Source: Dehalococcoidia bacterium (GTDB taxonomy: Bacteria > Chloroflexota > Dehalococcoidia > UBA2979). From it: a stretch of 64,000 nucleotides of DNA. This document shows positions 1 to 8,760 of this stretch, piece by piece (the stretch's first letter is position 1; every line of letters begins with the position of its first letter). The notes under the pieces were generated by a model. That model searched no databases. It was not told the DNA's origin and worked only from the letters and a program-made list of their open reading frames with translations. The position numbers were made by a program, and so were the translations under genes. Where the stretch lies: assembly GCA_028279505.1 (NCBI GenBank), contig JANQNP010000118.1, positions 6,610-70,609 of the forward strand, given 5' to 3'.

Positions 1-33
1 CAAGACCGTGCGCGGCATCGGGTATGTGATCCG

Positions 34-951
34 CTAGGACGCGACCTCGGGCGGCCGGAACTCGACTGTCTCCTCGGCCACCACCACCGGCTCGATCGTG
101 GTTACGCCTCGCGCGCGCAGGTCGTCGATGATCGGATCGAGCAGTGAATCCGGCACCGACGCGCCGGCGCTGAGCCCCACCACCTCGACGCCCTCGTACC
201 AGCTCGGATCGACCTCGGAGATCCCGTCCACGCGGTAGGCGGTCGTGCCGGTGCCGGCGGCGACCTCCTGCAGACGCACGCTGTTGCTGGAGTTCGCGGA
301 GCCGACGACGATCACGAGGTCCGCGCGCTCCGCGATCTCCCGCACCGCCGCTTGCCGGTTCGTCGTCGCGTAGCAGATGTCGTTGCGGATCTCCGCGTTC
401 GGGAACCGCTCCTGGATCGCCGCGATCGTCGCCGCCGTGTCGTCGACCGACAGCGTCGTCTGTGTCACCACGAACTTCTCGCGCCCGCCGTCGCCGACCG
501 CCGCGACGTCCTCGGGCGTGTCGACCACCGTCGTCCGGTCCGGCGCTTCGCCCTTCGTGCCGACCACCTCGTCATGGCCCTCATGACCCACGAGGAGCAC
601 GTCGAACCCGTCCTTTGCCGCCTTCTTCGCCTCCAGGTGCACCTTGGTGACCAGCGGGCAGGTGGCGTCGATCACCCGCAGGTTGCGCTCCTCGGCTTCC
701 GCGACCACCTGTGGCGAAATGCCATGCGCCGAGAACACGATCCGCGAGCCCTCGGGCACCTCGGCGATCGTCTCGACGAACACCGCGCCGCGCTCGCGGA
801 AGCCGTCCACCACGTGCCGGTTGTGCACGATCTCGTGGAAGGCGTAGATCGGCGGCTCCTCGCGGTCGAGCACCTCGTCGAGGACATCGATCGCGCGCAC
901 GACGCCGGCGCAAAACCCGCGAGGTTCGGCGAGCAGCAGGGTGTGTGGCAT
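34..951 (-). CDS. ispH: 4-hydroxy-3-methylbut-2-enyl diphosphate reductase (IspH/LytB)
   Basis: 305 aa. Three conserved Cys contexts (GFCAGV, ATCPLV, NDICYAT), HEIVHN, and the C-terminal SANSSNSxRL motif typical of IspH. ATG start at 951 and TAG stop at 34 checked by hand. Confidence 0.93.
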   Translation of the reverse strand: MPHTLLLAEPRGFCAGVVRAIDVLDEVLDREEPPIYAFHEIVHNRHVVDGFRERGAVFVETIAEVPEGSRIVFSAHGISPQVVAEAEERNLRVIDATCPLVTKVHLEAKKAAKDGFDVLLVGHEGHDEVVGTKGEAPDRTTVVDTPEDVAAVGDGGREKFVVTQTTLSVDDTAATIAAIQERFPNAEIRNDICYATTNRQAAVREIAERADLVIVVGSANSSNSVRLQEVAAGTGTTAYRVDGISEVDPSWYEGVEVVGLSAGASVPDSLLDPIIDDLRARGVTTIEPVVVAEETVEFRPPEVAS

Positions 952-1055
952 GGCGCCTCCCGCCCCACATTCTACCGGGGGTGCTCGGTTACACCGACGA
1001 GCCGGCGGCCCACCGGTGCTACGGTCGAGAGACCGATCGCAGCAGGAGTTGTGGG

Positions 1056-1733
1056 ATGGAACTGCCGCCGAGGGACGAGCCGGGCCGCGAGGCCTGGCGC
1101 ATGTTCCGCATCATGTCCGAGTTCACGATGGGCTTTGACGTCCTCGCCCAGCTCCGCCCCGCGGTCACCGTCTTCGGTTCGGCGCGAGTGGACGAGGACA
1201 AGCCCGCCTACCAGCTCGCCCGCGAGATCGGCCGTCAGCTCGGCGAGGCCGGGTTCTCCATCGTCACCGGCGGCGGCCCCGGCCTGATGGAGGCCGCCAA
1301 TCGCGGTGCCATGGACGCCGGTGCGCGGTCGGCCGGCCTCAACATCCGTCTCCCTGAAGAGCAGGAGGCGAACCCGTACCAGACCCTCTCGCTGAACTTC
1401 CGCTACTTCTTCGTGCGCAAGGTGATGCTGGTCAAGTACGCGACCGCTTTCGTCCTGCTCCCCGGCGGCTACGGCACCCTCGACGAGTTCTTCGAGACCA
1501 TCACCCTGATGCAGACCGGCAAGATCCGCCGCTTCCCGATGCTGCTCGCCGGCCCCGACTACTGGCCCGGCCTCACCGACTGGATCGACGAGGTCCTGAT
1601 CGAGCGCCAGCTGATTGCTGACGGCGATCGTGAGCTCTTCCAGATCGTGAACGAGCCTGAAGAGGTCGTCCGCATCGTCCGCGACGCCCACGAGATGCAC
1701 GGTCCCGGCGTCGACAACGTCAGCCTGGCCTGA
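1056..1733 (+). CDS. LOG-family protein (cytokinin riboside 5'-monophosphate phosphoribohydrolase / TIGR00730 Rossmann-fold protein)
   Basis: Both LOG signature motifs are present: GGGPGLMEA and PGGYGTLDE. The start was set to the ATG at 1056; the ORF track's upstream extension (from 711) overlaps ispH on the opposite strand and has no homology. Confidence 0.85.
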   Translation: MELPPRDEPGREAWRMFRIMSEFTMGFDVLAQLRPAVTVFGSARVDEDKPAYQLAREIGRQLGEAGFSIVTGGGPGLMEAANRGAMDAGARSAGLNIRLPEEQEANPYQTLSLNFRYFFVRKVMLVKYATAFVLLPGGYGTLDEFFETITLMQTGKIRRFPMLLAGPDYWPGLTDWIDEVLIERQLIADGDRELFQIVNEPEEVVRIVRDAHEMHGPGVDNVSLA

Positions 1734-1737
1734 GCCG

Positions 1738-2556
1738 ATGCCGGCCCCGGTGCCGCGCTCGGAGATCGCGGCTGCGTTCCGTTCACCGCTCGTCCCTGAG
1801 CTGTTCGAGCGCCTCGAGGCGACCCCGACCTACCTCGTCCACGTCTGGCCCGTGATCGCCGCGTCCGTCGACACGGCCGGGTTCCTCGGCAGCGCGCTCT
1901 ATCTCGCCGACATGGCGCTCGACGCCGTCGAGGAGGTCTACGAACCGGTCACGGACCGCGCTGCGTTGGGCGAGGTGCTGACGAGCGACACCGTCGCCGC
2001 CGTCGACGCCGCGCTCGACGTCTTCCACTACCTCCAGCCGCAGGCCCTGCTCGCCGGCGCCGCACTCGCCGAGGCGTTCGATCGTCCTGAGGTTGGTGGC
2101 GCTGGCCGCATCGAACCGCGCACGCTCCGCCCGCGCGAGCAGGCCCACCTCGAGGCCGATCTGCCGTCAGTGACCACCGCCGCGCCGCTGCTCGTCGAGG
2201 TGACGGAGACCCTCCAGCTTCAGGAGCCGCCCCAGCTCTACGTCGTGCTCGGCAACTGGCCGCTCTACCTCGAAGCCTCGTGGGACGAGCTGCAGCACCT
2301 CGCCGCCTACCCTGACTTCCGGCGTCGTGGCCGCGCGCTCTACTACTACGCGCGGTCCGGCGCTCGGTTCCTCGCAGAGCCCCTGCGCGCGGATGCCGAC
2401 GCGCTGCGCGCGGCCGGGATCGACGACGCGGAGATCGCGGAGGCACGCGCGATCGTCGACGCCTCGGTGCCTGTCCTCGCGACGATGGTGATGCATTGCA
2501 CCGCGATGCGGCTCGCCCTCGGCCACGCCGAGCGCGAGGTCGTCGACGCCTCGTAG
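1738..2556 (+). CDS. conserved hypothetical protein (possibly the DUF3090-type member of the actinobacterial SCO1664 gene cluster)
   Basis: 272-aa ORF starting 5 nt after the LOG stop, same strand, high GC3. I recognise no catalytic motif; the assignment rests on synteny with the next gene and is uncertain. Confidence 0.5.
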   Translation: MPAPVPRSEIAAAFRSPLVPELFERLEATPTYLVHVWPVIAASVDTAGFLGSALYLADMALDAVEEVYEPVTDRAALGEVLTSDTVAAVDAALDVFHYLQPQALLAGAALAEAFDRPEVGGAGRIEPRTLRPREQAHLEADLPSVTTAAPLLVEVTETLQLQEPPQLYVVLGNWPLYLEASWDELQHLAAYPDFRRRGRALYYYARSGARFLAEPLRADADALRAAGIDDAEIAEARAIVDASVPVLATMVMHCTAMRLALGHAEREVVDAS

Positions 2557-2605
2557 GGAGGTCGATCGTCCTCGGACGTTCGTACAATCGATCGAGGGGC
2601 CGGGC

Positions 2606-3370
2606 ATGACGACGACGGACACAGCGTCACTACGCAACCCGTGGGCGGTCTCGGACCCGCGCGTCCCCGACGCGCTCCGCGACGCCGAGATCACCCAGCT
2701 TCGCCTGATCTACGACTCCTCGAACTACGTCTTCCTCGCCGACCTCGATCATCCCGACCTCGGACCGGGCCTCGGCGTCTACAAGCCCGAGCGCGGCGAG
2801 CAACCGCTGCACGACTTCCCGTACGGCACCCTCTACGAACGCGAGGTCGCGGCCTACGAGGCGTCGCGGCTCCTCGGCTGGGACGTGATCCCACCGACGG
2901 TCGAGCGCGATGGGGAGCATGGCATCGGCTCGATCCAGCTCTTCATCGAGCACGACCCGGCGGAGCACTACTTTGCGCTCCGCGAGGGCGACCAGTTCGA
3001 CGAGCAGTTGGTCCGGATGGCCGCCTTCGACCTGATTGCCAACAACGCCGACCGCAAGGGCGGCCACATCCTCCGCTCCGAGGACGACCGGCTCTGGGGC
3101 ATCGACAACGGCCTCTGCTTCAACTCGGTGCAGAAGCTCCGCACCGTGATCTGGGACTACTCCGGCACCGAGCTGCCCGCGCCCTGGCTCGAGGACATCC
3201 GCCGCTTCCGCGCCTGCGTCAGCGGAGCTGACGAGGAGAGCGCGCCGCTCCGCGACCGCCTCGCGGACTACGAGCTCGACGCCCTGATGAACCGCTGCGA
3301 CGCGCTGCTCTCACATCCGGTGCTGCCGGAGATGTACCCGTACCGCTGCGTCCCCTGGCCCCTGATCTGA
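2606..3370 (+). CDS. SCO1664-family protein (TIGR03843; phosphatidylinositol 3/4-kinase-like fold)
   Basis: 254 aa. Kinase-like catalytic and activation segments: HILRSEDDRLWGIDNGLCF (DRxxN ... DNG). ATG at 2606 preceded by GAGGGG. This family is characteristic of Actinobacteria. Confidence 0.7.
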   Translation: MTTTDTASLRNPWAVSDPRVPDALRDAEITQLRLIYDSSNYVFLADLDHPDLGPGLGVYKPERGEQPLHDFPYGTLYEREVAAYEASRLLGWDVIPPTVERDGEHGIGSIQLFIEHDPAEHYFALREGDQFDEQLVRMAAFDLIANNADRKGGHILRSEDDRLWGIDNGLCFNSVQKLRTVIWDYSGTELPAPWLEDIRRFRACVSGADEESAPLRDRLADYELDALMNRCDALLSHPVLPEMYPYRCVPWPLI

Positions 3371-3428
3371 CCCCGCGCCCCCGAGGCCCAACGACCCACG
3401 AGGCTCGACGACCCGGCACGCCCGCGAG

Positions 3429-4355
3429 CTACCAGCGCCGGCGCGGTCCCAGCCCGAGCGCTCCTCGTAGTCGCGCGAACCACGAGGGCCGGCGGCTTAG
3501 CCGCTCCTCGATCACCCCGACCGCCTCCTCGGTGCCGACGATGATCAGCCCGCGCCAGTCACGGAGCGACGGCTCGCGATCGTCGCTCACCTCGGACGGC
3601 GCCTCGAAGTGGGTGAACGGCTCGAAGCCGCCGGCGCGACGATGCACGACGCGCCCGCCTGCTTCCTCGATCAGCAGCACGCCCGCCGCGAGATCCCAGA
3701 TCTTCAGCCCGCCGAACCAGGCGCTCTGGAAGATCCCCGCGGCGACGAATGCGAGCTCGATCGCCGCCGAACCGGTCACGCGATGATCCCAGCGCTGGGT
3801 TCGCCCCGGACTCCCGCCCGGCGCCGCGCTGATCCGCCGCTGGACACCGTTCGTGGGGACCTGCGCGAACGGCTCGCCGTCGAAGTGCAGACCGCTGCCG
3901 CGCCGGGCGTGGTAGATGCCTGGGTGCAGCGCGTGCGTCGAAGCGCACCAGATCGCCCCCACGACCGGCGCCCCGTTGTAGAGCACGCCGATCGACACGC
4001 AGAAGAGCGGATAGCCGTTGACGAAGTTCGCTGTCCCGTCGACGGGGTCCACGACCCAGACGTAATCCTCGATCGTGTCCGGGTGCAGCTCCACCTCTTC
4101 ACCGATGATGTCGTGCCCGGGGAACTGCTCGCCGACCCGCTCGCGCACCATCGCCTCGACCGCCCGGTCGATCTCCGACACGGGATCCCGAGGCGCCTGG
4201 CCATCCTCCTTGGACTCGGTCTTGTAGTCGATGCTGATCTCGCGAGCGAGGCCGTCCATCGCCTGCCGCCCGCCCTCGCGGGCCAGCTCGATCGCCAGCG
4301 CCTCGACCGCCCGCAGCGTCTCCTCGTCGAGCGCCGTCGGCTCGGGACTCGTCAT
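3429..4355 (-). CDS. inositol monophosphatase family protein (CysQ/ImpA/SuhB-like)
   Basis: WVVDPVDGT metal-binding motif, IIGEE, and an EIDR-type N-terminal region. 308 aa. The start codon reverse complement (CAT) at 4353-4355 was verified. Confidence 0.85.
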   Translation of the reverse strand: MTSPEPTALDEETLRAVEALAIELAREGGRQAMDGLAREISIDYKTESKEDGQAPRDPVSEIDRAVEAMVRERVGEQFPGHDIIGEEVELHPDTIEDYVWVVDPVDGTANFVNGYPLFCVSIGVLYNGAPVVGAIWCASTHALHPGIYHARRGSGLHFDGEPFAQVPTNGVQRRISAAPGGSPGRTQRWDHRVTGSAAIELAFVAAGIFQSAWFGGLKIWDLAAGVLLIEEAGGRVVHRRAGGFEPFTHFEAPSEVSDDREPSLRDWRGLIIVGTEEAVGVIEERLSRRPSWFARLRGALGLGPRRRW

Positions 4356-4416
4356 GCGACTGGCTTCCTCTGCGTGGATGGCGTTGGCCCATCGCGTCGG
4401 TGTCGGTGGCTCGACC

Positions 4417-5157
4417 CTACTCGGTCGGAACGCCCCAGTCGGTCGCGACTCGCAGTAGGCGTCCGCTCTGGCTCGCGATCATCCGGTGCCGCTCGTTCCA
4501 GGCGTCCGTCGCCTCCGGCGGCGGATGGAGGTTGGCCGAGGGGCGAGACAACCGGTACCAGTCCTCGAGCGAGCGGAACGCGAAGAAGGTCACGACCTGC
4601 TGCGCGGGACCGAGTGGATCGCGACCGAAGGCGATCAGGCGCGCGCCCTGCGTCTCGAGCCACGGCCAGATGTGCTCATGAGACAGCCGCTCGAACGCCA
4701 CTCGCTGCCCGGCGTCGGTCAGCTCGTAGCACAGCTCGGAGATCACCGACCCGCGCCCGTAGTTCATCGGCGCCTCGGCGAGCGGCTCCTCCGCGGTGCG
4801 TGGCTTCGGGTCGAGGTTGCTCACGTGATCGTCGAGCTCGACCATCCGTGCGCGAGAGTGCGCGATCAGCGGCGGCCGCGCCGCCTTTGCCTCCGCGAAC
4901 TCCGCCGCCTGGGCCCGGATCGCCGGGTCCGCTTCCAGGGCGCCGCCGATCCGGGTGCCGAGCCAGTGGTCCATGTCCCGGTACACGCTGTGCGTCACCA
5001 CCACGTCGCCCGGGCCGCTGAACGCCCAGAAGCCGTAGCCGACCATCAGCGAGCCGTAGCGCAGCATTGAGGGCCACACGCCGATACGGCTCAGCTCCTC
5101 GAACCGCGCTCGATCGTCCAGGGCCACCGTGAATTCGCGCTGTACGAGGATCGCCAT
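4417..5157 (-). CDS. hypothetical protein (possible duplicated NIPSNAP/Dabb-like fold)
   Basis: 246 aa from an internal ATG (MAILVQREFT...). High GC3, upstream of the IMPase gene on the same strand. No diagnostic motif. Confidence 0.5.
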   Translation of the reverse strand: MAILVQREFTVALDDRARFEELSRIGVWPSMLRYGSLMVGYGFWAFSGPGDVVVTHSVYRDMDHWLGTRIGGALEADPAIRAQAAEFAEAKAARPPLIAHSRARMVELDDHVSNLDPKPRTAEEPLAEAPMNYGRGSVISELCYELTDAGQRVAFERLSHEHIWPWLETQGARLIAFGRDPLGPAQQVVTFFAFRSLEDWYRLSRPSANLHPPPEATDAWNERHRMIASQSGRLLRVATDWGVPTE

Positions 5158-5263
5158 GGCACTGCCTTCCTGCTCGCAGTCGTCGAGCATAGTCCCTGCC
5201 CCGAGATCGATCCGTGCGCTAGGCTGCGCCCATCGTCACAGGGCTCGATCGAGGGAGGCGACC

Positions 5264-5692
5264 GTGGCGGAGGACCCCGAACCGTCGACTCGCAAGCCGC
5301 CGGACTGGCAGCTCCCCACCGGCGACGACGACCGAACGCTCAACAGCCTGCTCGGCATCGTCGACGGCCGCGCGGCCGCCGGTCGCGCCACCTGTGACGT
5401 CGAAGCCGCCGAGGGCGATCCGGCGCCCGCCACCTTCGCGATCACCTCCGCCGTCGACATCGCGCTCGTGCGCGCTGCCGCCACCACGGTCGCGCCCCCC
5501 GAGGAGATGAACGGCACCGCCGAGCTGAACGTCAGCTACCTCCGCCCACCCGCAGGCCGGGCGCACATCGCGTGCGAAGTGGTCGGGCGCTCGCCCAGCT
5601 CGAGGTTGGTCGAGTTCACCGTCGCCGACGCCGAGGGCGAGTTCGCCCGCGGCCGCAGCACCTACGCCGTCCGCACGAGGCGCCCCCGATGA
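5264..5692 (+). CDS. PaaI-family hotdog-fold thioesterase
   Basis: GTG start at 5264 preceded by GAGGGAGG. The C-terminal approx. 115 aa match the PaaI/4HBT hotdog core (AITSAVDIALVRAA ... ELNVSYLRP ... VGRSPSSRLVEF). Confidence 0.7.
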   Translation: MAEDPEPSTRKPPDWQLPTGDDDRTLNSLLGIVDGRAAAGRATCDVEAAEGDPAPATFAITSAVDIALVRAAATTVAPPEEMNGTAELNVSYLRPPAGRAHIACEVVGRSPSSRLVEFTVADAEGEFARGRSTYAVRTRRPR

Positions 5693-6126
5693 CCGTCGAA
5701 GCGCGCTTCGACGACCTCGCGCGCGCATGGGAGCAGCGACCGCTGCTGCGCGGACTCGGGGTGACCGTCACTGGCCTCGAGGAGGGTCGCGCCTGCCTCG
5801 CGATGGCCCGCAACGGCACGAACGTCTCCGGCGTCCGCGACTCCATCAACGGTGGGGTCCAGGCCACCGTCGCCGAGGTCGCCGCCCACCTCGCGGCGAC
5901 GACGCTCCTCGGCGCCGGCGAGTACGTCGTCGGCACCCAGGACCTCAGCGTCTCCTACCTGACCTCGGCCACCGCCGCGGTCACCACCATCGACGCCCGC
6001 GTGCTGCGCCACGGTCGTCTCACCGTCGTCGACGCCGAGCTCCGCGTCGGCGACGAGGGCGAGCACGCCGGTCAGCTCAACGCGAAGGTCCGCGTGACCT
6101 GCGCCCTCGGACGCGACCGATCGTGA
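5689..6126 (+). CDS. PaaI-family hotdog-fold thioesterase (second tandem copy)
   Basis: Its ATG at 5689 overlaps the stop of the upstream gene (ATGA), which suggests translational coupling. Hotdog core: GVTVTGLEEGRA ... DLSVSYL ... VGDEG. Confidence 0.75.
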   Translation: MTVEARFDDLARAWEQRPLLRGLGVTVTGLEEGRACLAMARNGTNVSGVRDSINGGVQATVAEVAAHLAATTLLGAGEYVVGTQDLSVSYLTSATAAVTTIDARVLRHGRLTVVDAELRVGDEGEHAGQLNAKVRVTCALGRDRS

Positions 6127-6299
6127 GCGACTGGCGCGAGTCCACCGAGGGCGACCTCGACCCCGACCTCACGGAGGAGGCCGGCTACGGCGACTGGGAG
6201 CCGCCGCGCCGCGCCTGGTGGCCGATCGCCTTCCAGCTCCTCGGACTGCTGGCCCTGCTCTCGATCCTCGGGACGGTGTTCCTCTTCGCGATCCGCTAG
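6123..6299 (+). CDS. small membrane-anchored protein (58 aa)
   Basis: Its GTG start overlaps the stop of the thioesterase above (GTGA). Almost every codon ends in G/C. Acidic N-terminus followed by one hydrophobic helix (WWPIAFQLLGLLALLSILGTVFLFAI). Confidence 0.45.
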   Translation: MSDWRESTEGDLDPDLTEEAGYGDWEPPRRAWWPIAFQLLGLLALLSILGTVFLFAIR

Positions 6300-6433
6300 C
6301 GACGCTGCTGACGTTCCGTCCCGGCGGGTCGCGGGGCGGGTCTTCATCCGGACAGTGTGGGCGCAGCTAGCGGTGCTAGTATGCGCGCGGTCGTCAGGCC
6401 GATCTGCTCGAACACCACTGGACCGGAGGTCAC

Positions 6434-6850
6434 ATGGCGTACAACAAGGCGCTCCCCCAGGCGACGCCCGAGACACAGGAATTCTGGGATGGGTTGAAGC
6501 GACACGAACTGCGGATTCAGAAGTGCGTGGACTGCGACAAGTTCTACTTCTTCCCGCGTCCGTTCTGCCCACTCGAAGGCTGTAGCTCGTCCAACGTCAC
6601 GTGGGAAACCGTCTCCGGTAAGGGCAAGCTGCACACGTACGTCATCTCGCACCGCGGCTTCGGTCCGTGGGCCGAGGACACGCCCTACGTCATCGCCGTC
6701 GTCGAGCTCGACGAGGGTCCGCGCATGATGACCAACATCGTCAACGTCGAGCCCGAGCCCGAGAATCTCCCGGCCGACATGCCGGTCGAGATCGTCTACG
6801 CCGACGTCACCGACGAGGTGACCCTGCCCCACTTCCAGCCGGCCAACTAG
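6434..6850 (+). CDS. DUF35 protein (Zn-ribbon plus OB-fold, acyl-CoA-associated)
   Basis: C4 zinc ribbon CVDCDKFYFFPRPFCPLEGC followed by an OB-fold region. GGAGG sits 7 nt before the ATG at 6434. Confidence 0.85.
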   Translation: MAYNKALPQATPETQEFWDGLKRHELRIQKCVDCDKFYFFPRPFCPLEGCSSSNVTWETVSGKGKLHTYVISHRGFGPWAEDTPYVIAVVELDEGPRMMTNIVNVEPEPENLPADMPVEIVYADVTDEVTLPHFQPAN

Positions 6851-6864
6851 GCAGAGGATTCACC

Positions 6865-8019
6865 GTGCCCAACTCCCAGGATCTAAGCCACAAGGTCGCC
6901 ATCGTCGGCGCTTCCGAGACCGCCGAGGTCGGCAACCTGCCCGACCGCTCCATGCTCCAGCTGCACGCCGAGGCTGCGCTGCTCGCCCTCGAGGACGCCG
7001 GCCTCACCGTCGATGACGTCGACGGCGTCGCCACCGCCGGTCCCACGCCGGCTCAGCTCACCGAGTACCTGAACATCATGCCGCACTGGATCGACGGCAC
7101 CTCCGTCGGCGGCGGCTCGTTCCTGATGCACGTCGGCCACGCCGTCGCCGCCATCCAGGCCGGCTACTGCAACACCGTCCTCGTCACCCACGGCGAGTCC
7201 GGCCGCTCCCAGGTCGGCGTCGGCGGACGCGCCCCCGGCCCCGCTACCATCGCCGGCCAGTTCGAGGCGCCCTACGGCGTCTGGGGCCCGCCGAGCATGT
7301 TCTCGGTCCCGATCGTCCGCCACATGCACGAGTACGGCACCACCGAGGAGCAGATGGCCGAGATCGCCGTCGCCACCCGCAAGTGGGCCGAGCTCAACCC
7401 GCGCGCGATGATGCGCGACCCGATCACCGTCGACGACGTGCTCAACTCACGCATGATCGCCTGGCCGCTGCACCTCCTGAACTGCTGCCTAGTGACCGAC
7501 GGCGGCGGTGCGCTGGTGCTCGTCGGCGAGGACCGCGCCAACGACTTCCCGAAGGACCCGGTCTGGGTGCTCGGTCGCGGCGAGACCTCGGCGCACACGC
7601 TGATCAGCCAGATGAAGGACATGACCGAGTGGACCGCCGCAGTCCAGACCGGCAAGGATGCGTTCGAGATGGCGGGGATGACGCACAGCGACATCCAGCA
7701 CGCCATGTTCTACGACGCCTTCACCCACGTCCCGATGTACGCGCTCGAGGCGCTCGGCTTCGTCAAGCCTGGCGAGGGTGGCCCCTACTTCGCGGAGGGC
7801 CACACCGCCCCCGGCGGCGACTTCCCGATGAACACCAACGGCGGCGGCCTCTCGTACACGCACACCGGCATGTACGGCATGTTCGCCATCATGGAGTCCG
7901 TGACCCAGCTCCGAGGCGAGGCCGGCGAGCGTCAGCTCGACGACCTCCACACGAGCATGGTCCACGCCCCCGCCGGCATGTTCTCCGGCACGTCGACGCT
8001 CATCCTCGGCAACGAGTAA
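6865..8019 (+). CDS. SCP-x-type thiolase-like protein (lipid-transfer-protein thiolase family; DUF35 partner)
   Basis: 384 aa from the GTG at 6865, preceded by GAGGA. Thiolase-like N and C domains (KVAIVGASET ... NTNGGGLSYTHTGMYGM). A DUF35/thiolase gene pair is a known arrangement. Confidence 0.85.
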   Translation: MPNSQDLSHKVAIVGASETAEVGNLPDRSMLQLHAEAALLALEDAGLTVDDVDGVATAGPTPAQLTEYLNIMPHWIDGTSVGGGSFLMHVGHAVAAIQAGYCNTVLVTHGESGRSQVGVGGRAPGPATIAGQFEAPYGVWGPPSMFSVPIVRHMHEYGTTEEQMAEIAVATRKWAELNPRAMMRDPITVDDVLNSRMIAWPLHLLNCCLVTDGGGALVLVGEDRANDFPKDPVWVLGRGETSAHTLISQMKDMTEWTAAVQTGKDAFEMAGMTHSDIQHAMFYDAFTHVPMYALEALGFVKPGEGGPYFAEGHTAPGGDFPMNTNGGGLSYTHTGMYGMFAIMESVTQLRGEAGERQLDDLHTSMVHAPAGMFSGTSTLILGNE

Positions 8020-8046
8020 CTCCCGAGGCCTGGCAACCGCACGAAG

Positions 8047-8075
8047 AACGGGGACCCGTACGGGTCCCCGTTTCG
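8047..8075. terminator. perfect hairpin (11-bp stem AACGGGGACCC / GGGTCCCCGTT, GTAC loop) followed by TTT, between convergent genes
   Basis: Read directly from the sequence at 8047-8072. Lies between the thiolase stop (8019) and the GNAT stop (8100). Confidence 0.6.
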
Positions 8076-8099
8076 ATCTGCCCGGTCGCTCACCGCCCG

Positions 8100-8651
8100 C
8101 TAGCGGTCGAGCCGCTTCGACATCACGTGCCGCCGCGTTCCCGCCATCCCCAGCTGTGCGAACCCGCCATCGAGGAACGTCGGCACCCGTCCCATGAACC
8201 CGTAGCTCGGTGACTCGGGGTCGACCGGGTACGCCTCGATAACCGTCGCGCCTGCGTCTGCCGCCACCTCACAGGCAGCAGCGAGCAACCGGCGCGAGAC
8301 CCCGGTCCCGCGGAGCGCGCGCACCGCGAAGAAACAGACGATCGCCCATACCACAGCGTCGTCCTCGTAGTCCGCGCCGCCCATCGACCGAAACGTCTCC
8401 CGCGGCGCCACAGCGCACCACGCCACCGGCTCGCGGTCGCGGTATCCGAGGATCCCGACCGGCTCGCCCGCGCTCACGCGGCCCTCGAGGGCGGCGCGCT
8501 TCGCCTCGTTGTCGCCGCGCTCGCCGCTCGGCATCTCGCGCCAGACCATGCACCAGCAGTAGCTCGGGCCACCCCGCCCTTCGAACAGCCGCGCGAGGTC
8601 GCCCCACCGCTCGGGCGTCACCACCGCGAACTCAAGATCATCCGAGGCCAA
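8100..8651 (-). CDS. GNAT-family N-acetyltransferase
   Basis: Acetyl-CoA-binding motif RGTGVSRRLL plus a GNAT core. The annotated start is a TTG, so the true start is uncertain. Confidence 0.78.
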   Translation of the reverse strand: MASDDLEFAVVTPERWGDLARLFEGRGGPSYCWCMVWREMPSGERGDNEAKRAALEGRVSAGEPVGILGYRDREPVAWCAVAPRETFRSMGGADYEDDAVVWAIVCFFAVRALRGTGVSRRLLAAACEVAADAGATVIEAYPVDPESPSYGFMGRVPTFLDGGFAQLGMAGTRRHVMSKRLDR

Positions 8652-8760
8652 TCGGTACCTCCCCGGTGCTTCCGCGTGCCGAGTCTAGGCGCACCGTCCA
8701 CTAGAATTCGGCGGGCACCAACCCCACGAGTCCCACACCTGGCAACCCGACAGGAGACCC

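Noticed and set aside
711-1055. N-terminal 115-aa extension of the LOG ORF proposed by the ORF track
   Set aside because: It overlaps the ispH coding region on the opposite strand, is Arg/Pro/Ser-rich low complexity, and LOG homology only begins at the internal ATG at 1056.
5727-6299. 190-aa ORF 5727-6299 as a single gene
   Set aside because: Only the last 58 codons (from the GTG at 6123, overlapping the thioesterase stop) look coding. The upstream part is an Arg/Pro-rich alternative frame of the second thioesterase gene.
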